A stretch of DNA of 64,000 bases, taken from contig CAWAKC010000011.1 in assembly GCA_963782525.1 (NCBI GenBank), positions 1 to 64,000 on the forward strand, in the 5' to 3' direction. The DNA is from Candidatus Bathyarchaeota archaeon (GTDB taxonomy: Archaea; Thermoproteota; Bathyarchaeia; Bathyarchaeales; Bathycorpusculaceae). Position 1 is the stretch's first letter; every line of letters begins with the position of its first letter. Below, in pieces: positions 52,940 to 63,731 of this stretch. The notes under the pieces were generated by a model, which saw nothing but the letters and a program-made list of their open reading frames with translations, made no database searches and was not told the DNA's origin. The position numbers were made by a program, and so were the translations under genes.

Positions 52940-53240
52940 TGGGAATTTCCTATAATTGAATATTGCAAGGTTTCCTATTTCTTTTCTTGCGATCTGATTC
53001 GAAAAGAGTCCTTAGAGGCTATGGGTTAGAGTGTCCTTTGTAGAACAAAAAAACAACGCGAATTCACACAAACTTTGCAATATACTCTCCAAGCGCAGCA
53101 AATCTTTCATGTAAAGCTGTTAAAGTTACTGTTCAAGTGCATATCAGTTGTATTCGTGACAATTCTAGAAGGGTAAGTGTGGGTTTGTAATATAGATTAT
53201 ACACTACTAAAAGATGAGCTTCCCATGATAAAAAAAAAGC

Positions 53241-53555
53241 TTGTTATTTTTCTCTATGCTAGTATTGGTCGGTTTTTTTGATTGGTTAACCACTGTTGTA
53301 GGCGTTGCCTTCTTTGGAGCAAGCGAAACTAATCCACTGCTCTTTGGACTTTTAAGTTCAAACATGGTGCTTTTTAGTGCGGTCAAACTATTTGCTGTTG
53401 TGGCTGGGGGTTTAGCTTTCTACAAAGCAGCTGGACTAAGCACCCTTTTGAATCGGGGTTTAACTAAAAGATTCTTAGACGTCAGTTATTTTTTTACTTT
53501 CTTAGGTCTTATCTTAGTTGTTTTCAATAATTTGAGTGTTGTATTGAAGTTTTAA
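53241..53555 (+). CDS. DUF5658-like small membrane protein
   Basis: D.LTT.......E.NP motif; TMs. Confidence 0.75.
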   Translation: MLFFSMLVLVGFFDWLTTVVGVAFFGASETNPLLFGLLSSNMVLFSAVKLFAVVAGGLAFYKAAGLSTLLNRGLTKRFLDVSYFFTFLGLILVVFNNLSVVLKF

Positions 53556-53740
53556 CAAAAATCTCTTCATTATTTAAAATACTAATCTTATTCGTAGCGG
53601 GCGTTCTTCATGTTTTGGTTGCTGATTTGTTTTCCAAAACAGAGTCCTTAGGTGAGAGGAGGGTGTCCTAAAGGGAGTTGTACTCGCTACCCGAGGTGTT
53701 TTTGCTGGAAGTTGTACTATTCACGGTAATGCCTACTCGC

Positions 53741-54022
53741 TTACTCTAACCAACAGAAAATTGAGAACTTAGAAACTGTTTTAGTTTCAGAAAGATTTTG
53801 TTCTTTTGATTCACTTTCCCAATTAATTAGCCACCAACCAATACCAAATGCTAAAATACCAAACGAGATTAACAAAACGAAGTTAACCTGATGATTGTAA
53901 AAATAATTTAGCTTGTAGATTAACTCTTCAATGAAAAAGATGGATGCAAGTACAAATGCAAGTACCCATAGAATCAAACCTAACAATCTCAAAAGTCTCA
54001 TGTTACCACTGTTCTTTTTCAA
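53741..54022 (-). CDS. small membrane protein
   Basis: Two hydrophobic helices. Confidence 0.5.
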   Translation of the reverse strand: MKKNSGNMRLLRLLGLILWVLAFVLASIFFIEELIYKLNYFYNHQVNFVLLISFGILAFGIGWWLINWESESKEQNLSETKTVSKFSIFCWLE

Positions 54023-54298
54023 ATTGCAATCAACTTAAAACTATTATTTCAGCAATTTATTTATTCGGTTTTTTGTGCCTTTGCGTTCCAAAAACCGCTT
54101 TCTGATTACTCTTGTGCAGGCAGAGAGTAATTCATTTTTGCTTCTTTTTAATAAAGAAGGTTCTTTGTTGTTGAGTTGAGACCGATTATTTTCTCTACAG
54201 CGTGTTCTCGCTTTTGCCTTTGCCTTCTAAATGTATGAGCAGTTTCTCGACTTTTAGAAGAGTATTTATGTCTAAGTGGATGTTTGTGTTGTTTGCGT

Positions 54299-54443
54299 GG
54301 GCGAGTAGCTCAGTACGGATACTCAAGCCGCTTCCACAAGTGTCTCCTTTAGTGGGGGGTACTCGGATTTTCTGGCTTGAGCTGGATAGAGCACCAGCCT
54401 CCTAAGTTGGGGGTCGAGGGTTCAAATCCCTCCTCGCCCGCCA
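54299..54443 (+). tRNA. tRNA-Arg (CCT) with about 67-nt non-canonical intron in the D-arm; CCA encoded
   Basis: Acceptor GGGCGAG/CTCGCCC; anticodon arm CCAGC-CTCCTAA-GTTGG; intron closed by CTCAAGCC/GGCTTGAG. Confidence 0.92.
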
Positions 54444-54633
54444 TATTTCTTGATTTAGGACTAAGTCTTAACTCTTTTATTCCCATTGATTTATTCCCAT
54501 AATTGGGAGTAACTTTATGCTTGATGTATGTTCTTTTGCCGTTAGAAAAACCTTGATAATGCAGTATTCTTTTGCTATTTCCTCTCTCTTCTAAAATTCC
54601 TTCAGCGTTACAAACTGGGCAAAGAACCTTCAT
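54397..54633 (-). pseudogene. integrase N-terminal fragment (intN)
   Basis: MKVLCPVC... reads in frame into the antisense tRNA att (AGEEGFEPSTPNLGG). Confidence 0.8.
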
Positions 54634-54764
54634 TCCTTACCTGCCTCCATAAGTTTCACGGCGTTTCTAATTGCATTCTCAGAAATTTTTGTAACATTCA
54701 AACCTAGGTCATGGGCTTTCTTTAGGAGGTCCTCATCAATTCGCATAGTTGTTATTCTCTTCAA
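54630..54764 (-). CDS. CcdA-like/RHH small DNA-binding protein (44 aa)
   Basis: MKRITTMRIDEDLLKKAHDLGLNVTKISENAIRNAVKLMEAGKE; stop overlaps the intN ATG. Confidence 0.8.
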   Translation of the reverse strand: MKRITTMRIDEDLLKKAHDLGLNVTKISENAIRNAVKLMEAGKE

Positions 54765-54887
54765 CCCGATTACTCCAGTGTAATGCTTTGTATATACAAG
54801 TATTTATTTAAGTATTATTCCCCAACCTAATAGTCAATCGTGGTCTTGAGGAACATTGATATGCAAAACCAAGATAACTAAAGCACT

Positions 54888-55382
54888 ATGGAGACAGTAA
54901 GAAGAGCCAACCTAAAGAATAGCAGAAGTATCCTCGGAATGCTTTTAGAATTGGCAACAGTTCAAGCCCTCAAAAACATTCCTCTATACGTTGAACGAAC
55001 TTCTCAGTTTAACGAGTATTACGAGCGAGATATAAGCGAAGGACCAGATATAATTTTCCAATATGGTGACAGAAAAACTGGTGTCATTGAATGCAAAAAT
55101 CTTAATAAAGATTGCATTTTAAGTGAAGACTGGTTTAATAAATCAGTGAAGGATCGTTTCTTCCCAATGTATAAAGACCTTGATGCATATTTTTTGGTAA
55201 TATCCCAGTTCCAAACAAGTCCGATAGAATTGGCAAAGAAAATTGAAACGAGCTATTTTATCGTTGAAGTTGGTTTCCAAATAACCGATCAGTTATCTTA
55301 CGAGGCAGCTATACCGATAATTCAAAAGCAGTTCTTTTTGCTTACAGAATCCCTAAAGGGGAATCCTGAGAGCTCGGAATAA
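54888..55382 (+). CDS. putative PD-(D/E)XK nuclease
   Basis: E...GPDII...VIECKN motif. Confidence 0.7.
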   Translation: METVRRANLKNSRSILGMLLELATVQALKNIPLYVERTSQFNEYYERDISEGPDIIFQYGDRKTGVIECKNLNKDCILSEDWFNKSVKDRFFPMYKDLDAYFLVISQFQTSPIELAKKIETSYFIVEVGFQITDQLSYEAAIPIIQKQFFLLTESLKGNPESSE

Positions 55383-55861
55383 GAAAGTCGACCCTATTAA
55401 AATAATATAATAGTAATATAGTCATAGAACAGTCACGGAATTTCACTTGAAGAGTCTTCAGAATCGAGTCAATATTCTTTCCCAATATCCAAAATCAATG
55501 CTGAAATCAACAGTGGGAAATACCCTACTATATAATAAAAAAACTACTATATTATTTAAAATGCTTAATGTTTCACGCTCAAAAAAAACTATTATTACTT
55601 TTACAAATTGAGTGAAAAGATACGTGCTTTATACTACCCTATCGCTCTTCGCTCTCCTTTCTTAGCTCATCGCTCTTCAAGTAAAAATACAGTTGTAATA
55701 AAATTCTTAATCATTTGAATGTTAATAACGAAAGAAATAATCTCAAACTATCCCTATTATTTTCATTCAATAAACGTCTCATCATTAGCAAGTTTGAATC
55801 TTGGCTGCCTATTAGGGCTGATACAAACACTTAAGACTGTTCAAATAGATAAAGAAAATAG

Positions 55862-57097
55862 ATGAGGATATTTAGAGCAAGAACCCCTGTGTCAAAGTCT
55901 TCCTTCAAGATACAATCAAGAATCATAAAAAAATTCCGTCTTTGGAAAAAACTGATTCCCATTATTATCCTATTTCTAATTTCGAGCATATTGCTCGCAC
56001 AAGCAGCATACTGTTATGCTGATCCTCAAAATTATCCAAGTGTGTCGAGTCTTACTCGAAGAAGATATGATCCACGTATTGCACCTCAAGAAGTATACAG
56101 TATTCCATTTTTTGTACAAGCGCATGTAAACGGAAAAGTAAACTGTGAAATCACTTTGACTTCGATGAAATCAGTAGGAGTGACATGGACTCAAACAACA
56201 TATCTAACGTCTAATGGCACAACACTTAGCCTAACAAAGGTGAATATGCTTCCCATTAACGATATGAACGACCTGACTATAACTCTTAATGGTCAGACTG
56301 TTCCAGTTTATTTATCAGACGTTAATGGCGTGCAATCCTACACAACGAACGGATATAATTTGACGAATACTAACCAAGTAGAGACAATTATAATATCGTA
56401 TAATATTGAACGTTCCCCCGATAACGATTTTTATGTTAAAATTCCTTGGCTTTTTAATGAGAACTATGCACAACAAATTCAATTTCCTGTTAGTAATTCT
56501 CCTATAGAAGAAAACAAATCTTCTGATGAGAACACTTTCACAATAAATTTCGGGCTTCCTTTTAGACAGATTGTAACAAGTATGAGTGGGTGGATGGACG
56601 AATTTGATAACCTAAAAGATTATAAAATTTATGCTAATGGAACTGTTTCTACTTATGCACTCTTCGTAGAATTTCCCATAAATCAAACTTTCGAAACTAG
56701 TGGAAATACCTACTACTTTACCACTAATTTTTCTCAACAGAATAATGCAAATTCATTGGCGATTACAATAATTCCAAGCTTAAATGTCATTCTTTTTTTC
56801 CTTCCCTTCATAATATCGCCTTTCTACTTTCTCGCTGTCGAATATCCGATAAAGAAATATAACGAAACGAAGAGAAGAAATTCTCAAGTGAAGAGTAATA
56901 GAGCAAGATTCCTCAGATTAGCATATACTCTAATCATTCCATTTACGCTCTATATAGCTGGAAATTTTAACGAACTACTTTCTTTACTATCCTATATGAT
57001 AAGTGTAATGAGTCCAATTGGCTTTCTTGCTCTTAGTTACCCAATAATTTCTTACATTGTCTTACGTCAGACAGTTTTAAAGACCTGTCATTATTAA
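55862..57097 (+). CDS. membrane protein with large extracellular domain
   Basis: N-terminal TM, beta-rich Asn/Thr domain, 3 C-terminal TMs; low GC. Confidence 0.8.
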   Translation: MRIFRARTPVSKSSFKIQSRIIKKFRLWKKLIPIIILFLISSILLAQAAYCYADPQNYPSVSSLTRRRYDPRIAPQEVYSIPFFVQAHVNGKVNCEITLTSMKSVGVTWTQTTYLTSNGTTLSLTKVNMLPINDMNDLTITLNGQTVPVYLSDVNGVQSYTTNGYNLTNTNQVETIIISYNIERSPDNDFYVKIPWLFNENYAQQIQFPVSNSPIEENKSSDENTFTINFGLPFRQIVTSMSGWMDEFDNLKDYKIYANGTVSTYALFVEFPINQTFETSGNTYYFTTNFSQQNNANSLAITIIPSLNVILFFLPFIISPFYFLAVEYPIKKYNETKRRNSQVKSNRARFLRLAYTLIIPFTLYIAGNFNELLSLLSYMISVMSPIGFLALSYPIISYIVLRQTVLKTCHY

Positions 57098-57278
57098 GGA
57101 AAGAAATCTTACAGAGGCAATTATTCTAAATCTCTGTAAACAATACTAATACATTAGCTTTGAAAGCGATTACTTCAAGTACAATAATTGGTTCTACTGC
57201 TTTGGCATAATACATCTAATCGTTCAAAAAAGAGGAAAGTAGATTCTAACAAATAGATTTTATTCTTAAATAAGAAAG

Positions 57279-58175
57279 CTATTGGAATATTGTATGCTCT
57301 AAGTTTTCTTGTATACATAGTACTTGATTACTAAATGCTTTCATTGTTTCTGCTAAGTAGTGCCTACAGAAGACAGTCTTGGGAACCCTACCAGCTAGCA
57401 CATCTACCAGCTCCTTAGAGAACACCATTTTTTCTTAGGTAAGTGTTATTGTAACTCCTTAGCTCCTTCAGTCTTATCTGGAGTTTTTTCCTCATGAACC
57501 TACAGTGAATAGCATTATAGGTTACTGGTTGACTGTTGCATACCTGATTAATAATTTCTTTAGATACAAAGCTAATGTAAGCATTTTTAGTTCCACGCAA
57601 AAAAACCTTGCCATATTTGAAGTGCTCTAAAACCTCTAGTTCTTCATTGTAGTATTCGCCAAGCTTACCTTTAGAGTGAAGGTCTATTATCATGTTGAAA
57701 GAGTTCAAGCCTTCATTTTTTCTTAAACCAGTAATAGCTAAAAATCTTACGAATAATCTTTCATTGTCGCAAAGTACTGATTGAATTTCTTTAATGTATT
57801 TTGGCAAGCTATCATGCTTATGGTTGAAAATAGCTAGGAAGCCATTAAACGCAGTGTCTTCATTAGTCCATTTAATTCCATAGTTTTTGAGTTTCATTTT
57901 GTACTGTTCGTAGCATCCTAGATATTTTGAAAGACAAACGATGGCTTTTAGAACATTAGGTCTTTGTGATTGTGGTAAGGATAGAATCTTGGAAGGATTA
58001 TCTAAACATTCAGAATACTTCATAGCATTATTGAACTGCGCAGTAGCGTACTGCTTACTAGTATACTTGTTTCCTAGGAAAACTTTGTAGTTATTGGCTA
58101 AATAGTCCAAGTTACTCCCATGAAGCATGCCTCCTAAGTTGGGGGTCGAGGGTTCAAATCCCTCCCCGCCCGCCA
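57279..58175 (-). pseudogene. integrase C-terminal fragment (intC), frameshifted near 57420
   Basis: TGLRKNE, K.AYISF, ELRS tyrosine-recombinase motifs. The catalytic tail ELVDVLAGRVPKTVFCRHY is in the +1 frame after a TAA. Confidence 0.85.
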
Positions 58176-58407
58176 CGGACAATTCCCGCCCGTTTTGGCT
58201 CGGGTGATAGTTACTTGCGTTTCTTGAAAACTTTATTGTCTCCAAAGTCGCACACGAATTCAAAGCCACCTTCTATTAGTTGGCAGGTTTCGTGTTCAGT
58301 GTGTGAAACTCTTGCGACGAACTCTTCTCTTAAATAAACCAGCTGCGTGTACATATGAAAATTTATATAGCAAAATAGTCGAGTAAATAGCTAAGGAGAC
58401 AGACAAG

Positions 58408-60117
58408 TTGGCAAAAACAAAACAAATTCTAGTTTTAACCCTTTTAACTTTAATGATAATAACAGCTCTACCCCCTTTAGTGGGGGCAGCACAACCGGAC
58501 TGGCAAGCACAACCCATGTACAAGGTCAAAGCTACAAATGTTGACCCGAACTCAATAGGAGCAAATAGCCCCTATTATGCGCCCCTTGATATCAGAGAAG
58601 CATATAAAATCCCAATCACGGGCGACTCGGGCACTATAGCTATCATCGAGGCTTATGATAATCCAAAAGTGACAGCTGATCTAGCAACTTTTTGCAGCGT
58701 CTTTACTTGGCCATCAGCAAACCTCGAAGTACACAAAATGTCCCAGACAATCCTACCAAATGCTGGCTGGGCACTTGAATCAGATCTAGATGTTCAATGG
58801 GCTCACGCTGTTGCGCCACACGCAAAACTATTGCTAGTTGAAGCAAAAAGCGCCTCAATTGTTGATCTAATATCAGCAGTTGATTACGCAAACAGCAGAA
58901 CCGATGTGGTTGCAATTTCTATGAGTTGGGGAGCAAACGAAAATACTGGTCAACTCGCCTATGACAGCCACTTCACCACAAACGGAAAAGTCTACTTTGC
59001 ATCCTCAGGCGACGTAGGAGGCGTTGTCAGTTGGCCATCAAGCTCTCCAAACGTAGTCTCCGTTGGAGGAACAAAGCTAACAATGACGACTGATGGCTAC
59101 ACTGAAACCGCCTGGACTGATGGCGGCGGCGGAGTAAGCACAATTGAAAAAGTACCCAATTACCAAATAGGCGTAACAGACATATACTCCCAAGGTAAAC
59201 GAGCAACCCCTGATGTCTCCTACAACGCCGACCCTAACACAGGTTTTCTAGTATACGATAGCTATGGATACAACGGCGGTAGAGGTTGGTTCATCGTTGG
59301 AGGCACCAGCGCAGGCGCACCACAATGGGCAGCCATCTGCACCTTTGATAAGAGTGCAACAAACGCCAACTTTTACACAAACTACAACTACGGCACAACC
59401 TTCTCAGACATAATTAGCGGATCAAACAAATACTCCGCAGTGGTGGGTTATGATTTAGCAACCGGTATAGGTAGCCCCCTTGGGGTAAAATTTGGAGCGT
59501 CCCCAGCACCTGACTTCTCAATAACAGCACCTAGCGCAATACCAATAAGTACGGTCACATCAAGCGGAGCAGCAACAATAACAGTCAATTCCATCCACAG
59601 CTTTGCGAATAATGTTGTACTCACCGCAACAGACGTTAATGCGGTGGGTCTAGGAATTAGTTTTAATCCTACAACAGTAACAGGTGGGAGCGGATCATCT
59701 ACAATGACTATAACCTTACCAACAGGTATAACACCAGGCACCTATCCAATTACAATCCAAGGCAGCGATGGAACAACAACACACACTGCAAGCATAAACG
59801 TGCAAGTAATCAACCCCGACTTCACCTTAACAGCAAACCCAACAAACCTCAACATAAAACGAGGAAACATGGCCACTTCCACCATAACAGTGAATCCAAC
59901 CGGTGACTACAGCGGTACACCACAACTAAGTATAACGAGCAACAACCCAGCGGGAATGACAATCACATTCTCTCCAAATCCCACAGCAGGATCGACAACT
60001 ATGACAGTAAAGGTAGACCGAACAACAGCACCAGTCGCCTATACTCTGACAATAACAGGCAATGATGGCCAATTAAGTCATAGTCTTACATTCCAAGTTA
60101 AAGTGACGGTTAAATAA
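58408..60117 (+). CDS. secreted S53 (sedolisin-like) peptidase with Ig-like C-terminal domains
   Basis: ESDLDVQWAHAVAP, SSGD, PDVSYNADP, GGTSAGAP, YDLATGIGSP. Confidence 0.92.
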   Translation: MAKTKQILVLTLLTLMIITALPPLVGAAQPDWQAQPMYKVKATNVDPNSIGANSPYYAPLDIREAYKIPITGDSGTIAIIEAYDNPKVTADLATFCSVFTWPSANLEVHKMSQTILPNAGWALESDLDVQWAHAVAPHAKLLLVEAKSASIVDLISAVDYANSRTDVVAISMSWGANENTGQLAYDSHFTTNGKVYFASSGDVGGVVSWPSSSPNVVSVGGTKLTMTTDGYTETAWTDGGGGVSTIEKVPNYQIGVTDIYSQGKRATPDVSYNADPNTGFLVYDSYGYNGGRGWFIVGGTSAGAPQWAAICTFDKSATNANFYTNYNYGTTFSDIISGSNKYSAVVGYDLATGIGSPLGVKFGASPAPDFSITAPSAIPISTVTSSGAATITVNSIHSFANNVVLTATDVNAVGLGISFNPTTVTGGSGSSTMTITLPTGITPGTYPITIQGSDGTTTHTASINVQVINPDFTLTANPTNLNIKRGNMATSTITVNPTGDYSGTPQLSITSNNPAGMTITFSPNPTAGSTTMTVKVDRTTAPVAYTLTITGNDGQLSHSLTFQVKVTVK

Positions 60118-60410
60118 CCGCACTCTTTTTCACTTTTAATTTAAGCTGGTTCTTGATTATTTTTATAGCGCTTACACTTAATTTCATTAAGAGGCATCTT
60201 ATGCCACCTAACATTAAAGCGCCGCTATTTGTCTGTGCTTGCAATCTTAGGCTACACAATGCTTACGTCTTTGCTAATCAATGACCTAATCAAAGTGTAC
60301 CTTATTCATAAATAAGTCACATGAAAAAATAAAATGCGCTGTGGAAACTGACGCTTTTCGGAGGATCGATAAAAAAGGAGGGTTGCGGGTGATATCTCCA
60401 CTTACGCGGA

Positions 60411-60435
60411 GGTTCAAATCCCTCCCCGCCCGCCA
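60411..60435 (+). repeat. third att copy (tRNA-Arg 3' end)
   Basis: GGTTCAAATCCCTCCCCGCCCGCCA is identical to 58151-58175. Confidence 0.85.
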
Positions 60436-60674
60436 TTGGATCGCTTCAGTCTCCTTAAGCTGTAAGGTCCTTTGACACTTCTAGCAAGTTCCCAGATGCA
60501 ATTTTCACTATCCATAAAAGCGACGCATTCACCTTTTTCCAAATTTATCACAAGCATCTTGTCATTTTCATAGAGTTCCTTCTTTGAGCCTTCTATGCCA
60601 AGCAATGCTTTGAATGCCAAGCCAACTTTACCTTCAAGATCCTTAACTCTAACTGGAGATTTTATGCTAACCAT
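60414..60674 (-). CDS. hypothetical protein, possibly a decayed intN
   Basis: Same position and orientation relative to att as intN of element 1, but enters the att out of frame. Confidence 0.4.
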   Translation of the reverse strand: MVSIKSPVRVKDLEGKVGLAFKALLGIEGSKKELYENDKMLVINLEKGECVAFMDSENCIWELARSVKGPYSLRRLKRSNGGRGGI

Positions 60675-60920
60675 TTTCTCTTACACCTAAGTCTTGAGCA
60701 ATAGACTGGTCTATTAATGGTGAGACCACTAGTGTGGGCTCTCTATGTAAGATACCGAAGCATTCTTCATTCATAATTATCAATCCAATGATGTTAAGTT
60801 AGTTTTTCTTTAAGAAGTGAATGTTCGAACTAATAGTGAGGTATGCAGAGGGCTAAGTAAAAGTAAACCAGCAAAAACCTCTTAAGGACAGAATTTCTAA
60901 CCTACCGAGGGGTATAACGG

Positions 60921-62057
60921 TTGAAGAGAATCTCAGTATTTTTTCTTGCCTCTATTGTTATAGCAGTCTTATGCCAAATAAAATTGGATTCATTTGGTTC
61001 ACCAACCATTTCACCGATTGTATTAACAACCTCTTGCCCAGAAAACGTAACTGTTTACTTTTTAGACGTGGGCCAAGGCGATTCAATTCTGATAAAAACG
61101 CCTTCTAAGAACATATTGATTGATGGCGGACCAACTAGCGCAGGCACCACGGTACTAAATGACTTGAATGATTGCCATGTAACAAAAATTGATTTGATGG
61201 TTGCCACTCATCCTCATGAAGACCATATAGGTGGCTTAATCGCCGTTTTGCAGTCAACAATACCCACTCAAGACATCATCTACAATGGCTTTAACTCCAC
61301 AACTCAAACCTATGGTAATTGGAAAACTTTAGCTTTGGCACATAACTTAACTCAAGCCAGCAGAAGCCAGGTTTATGCAATGTCCCCAACAATTAACTTC
61401 ACTGTTTTAAGCCCAACCAATCCCCTTCTGTTTAGTGATGTAAACGCTGAAAGTATTGTTATGAAGCTTCAGGTTGGTAACACAAGTGTTCTTTTGACTG
61501 GAGATGCACAATTTGATACTGAACAAAGTATACTCTCTTCTGGCTATAATTTTCATAGTCAAGTTTTAAAAGTGGGGCATCATGGAAGTAGCACTAGTAC
61601 TTCTCAAGCTTTTCTAAGTGGTGTTACCCCAACTTGCGCCGTTATCAGTGCTGGGATTAATAATCAATATGGGCATCCTACCCAACAGACACTTGACATA
61701 CTAGCAAGTAATAGCATAATCACTTATGGCACTTACAGTTATGGAACAATAGTCTTTTCTTTAAACTCTGCAACTCAAACCACGATTCCTACGCCAACTC
61801 CCAGCCCAACCCCAACTCCCTCACCTAACCCTAGCCCAACACCTTCCCAAACACCTATTCCTACTCCCGCAAACACGCCAACTTCTACCCCTCCCCCTGC
61901 AAGTACACCAACTCAAAACCCAACAGCAAATACAACTTCTCATCCTTCGCCTACACCAACAATACCAGAGTTTCCATCAATGTTGATCATAGTAGCTCTG
62001 ATAATAGCAGGCTCCATCAATGTGTTAATGCTGAAAAAGAAACTCCGTAATTTTTAA
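60921..62057 (+). CDS. secreted ComEC-type metallo-beta-lactamase-fold nuclease with PEF tail
   Basis: [29 protein letters not shown]; PT-rich linker; IPEF + TM. Confidence 0.9.
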   Translation: MKRISVFFLASIVIAVLCQIKLDSFGSPTISPIVLTTSCPENVTVYFLDVGQGDSILIKTPSKNILIDGGPTSAGTTVLNDLNDCHVTKIDLMVATHPHEDHIGGLIAVLQSTIPTQDIIYNGFNSTTQTYGNWKTLALAHNLTQASRSQVYAMSPTINFTVLSPTNPLLFSDVNAESIVMKLQVGNTSVLLTGDAQFDTEQSILSSGYNFHSQVLKVGHHGSSTSTSQAFLSGVTPTCAVISAGINNQYGHPTQQTLDILASNSIITYGTYSYGTIVFSLNSATQTTIPTPTPSPTPTPSPNPSPTPSQTPIPTPANTPTSTPPPASTPTQNPTANTTSHPSPTPTIPEFPSMLIIVALIIAGSINVLMLKKKLRNF

Positions 62058-62590
62058 AGAATTAAGATTTAAGTTGATGGGGGATTATCGGGGAAATCCC
62101 CATCTTCTCATGAGAAGTTCTCCTTTCTCCTCAAACAAGAAGTTGGTTACAAGCCTTAAAAGGGATATTCCCAGAGTTAGACTATATCAAAAAGCAGTCA
62201 GCTCTATTATCTATCTATATTTTTAAAGAATGCTTCTTTACAATATCTTACTTTAATTGCTCTATCCTATACATTGAGTTAATTTACACCTTATTGTACA
62301 AACAATTTAGAAAAGTGAAATTGGGAATTGGGCATATTAAAACAAAAAATTGGGAAGAAGGGCAGAGCATATTTGAACCCTTTTTGATAGCAGAGTATTC
62401 AATGCTATTCGTTGGAGTCCTTTTTTAAATTGATTTTTAGGAAGATTCTCTTTCCTAATTGCTCTTTCCTTCCAAAATATACTTGACTTGAACCAAATTT
62501 AAGACTTGTGTGTTGTAAGGGTGATAACACAAATAATTGGGTAATAAAAATTCCTTAACCAAATAGAACTTATTTGCTTAGTCAGAAACC

Positions 62591-62721
62591 GAGACTGTGT
62601 AAAAAGTCAGTTTGGATTTTGAAAATTGCTTCATTGTTGTTAAAAGCCGTTTTATCAGCCATTGCTTTTTGCGAGCAAATCAGCAATTTTTTGAAAAGCA
62701 ATTGAGTTATCACACAGTCTC
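62591..62721. mobile_element. 131-bp MITE with IS1182-type ends
   Basis: IRs GAGACTGTGTAAAAAGTC / GAGACTGTGTGATAACTC; AACC target duplication at 62587-62590 and 62722-62725. Confidence 0.85.
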
Positions 62722-62789
62722 AACCTTCGACTAAAGGCAATAGTGCATTTTTTCCTCATCATCAGATAATTGCTTTTTTGGGTGTTCTC

Positions 62790-63006
62790 TTATAGGGAAC
62801 ATATTGTTCTCTAGAGAGAGTTTTAGGGATGTTAAGATAGACTAAGAGTTTACTTGGATTCTCTAAGCCCTCAAAATGTATTAGGGCATTGTTCAGTTGG
62901 CTTTTGGCATCCTCTTGCAGTAAAGGTCGTTCCGGTAAACTCTGTATTAGTCAACTTCAAAACCATGTGCTTGGTTGCTCCTGAGTTGGGGGTCGAGGAT
63001 TCAAAT
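62790..63006 (-). pseudogene. decayed att plus intC relic
   Basis: Degenerate att CTCCTGAGTTGGGGGTCGAGGATTCAAAT at 62978-63006. Adjacent minus-strand AKSQLNNALIHFEGLENPSKLL resembles intC ATAQFNNAMKYSECLDNPSKIL. Confidence 0.7.
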
Positions 63007-63266
63007 AGTCTTATCTGTCACTAAAATTTACCAGCTGTACATAACTGATGCATTACATGTGGGGCAATGTGGATGACCAAAAGAATCAAACTTTATCTTG
63101 GTTCCACTCTTAAGTTCATGACGTGGATTGCCTAAGCAGTGGGCATCATTTTCTAATTTATACTCATGTTCCATTTCAGAACCTTTGACCTTAACCATTC
63201 AGCGTTCGCTAGTATTAAATAAATTTGTTTAAGTAATTTGCGCAATAAATTTGGGGCATAGATTGG

Positions 63267-63731
63267 TTAAATTGTTGAGAAAAGTGAGAATGCAGTGAAT
63301 TTTCTGCTTTGGGGCTCCCACTTATGACATAGTTGGTGCTGGCTTTGACACTTCCTTTTTTTCCCTGAAAATGCGATTTTTCCACCTTTTATGCCCAGTA
63401 TAAAGCCTATTATGAATCCTCCACCCATGATTACGCTGGGTTTCGAGAATACTATTGCCATCATGCCCCATGTTTCTTTGTTCTCGGGTTTAAGGTGTAA
63501 CATTAGGGCTCCAAGTAATACTATAATGCCAAATATCAAGCCAACAGCTGCGAGTTCTATTAGAAACGTCGGATCATTTCCGGTTGACCCGGGTAGCGTA
63601 GGCATGATTCCAATAAACCACTTAGCTACAACTCCAAGGAGTATCCCGTTGATTATTATTAGAATTCCCGCAATTAAAGTCAGATTGAAAGCTTTAGTTG
63701 GTCTCTCAGTTAGAGCGCTCGATTTGTCCAT
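63267..63731 (-). CDS. small membrane protein (DUF6114-like)
   Basis: TMs; GGGFIIGFILGI.GG motif. Confidence 0.7.
   Translation of the reverse strand: MDKSSALTERPTKAFNLTLIAGILIIINGILLGVVAKWFIGIMPTLPGSTGNDPTFLIELAAVGLIFGIIVLLGALMLHLKPENKETWGMMAIVFSKPSVIMGGGFIIGFILGIKGGKIAFSGKKRKCQSQHQLCHKWEPQSRKFTAFSLFSTI

Larger units (their letters stand above)
54397..58175. mobile_element. SSV-type integrated element 1 (about 3.7 kb) at tRNA-Arg(CCT)
   Basis: 47-bp direct repeat 54397-54443 / 58129-58175 with 1 mismatch; integrase split across the att sites. Confidence 0.9.

Noticed and set aside
61780-61960. Tandem CCAAC/CCC-rich repeats
   Set aside because: They encode the Pro/Thr linker of the secreted nuclease.
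62370-62381. ATTTGAACCC resembling a tRNA T-arm (antisense)
   Set aside because: Too short, opposite orientation to the att series, and no cloverleaf.
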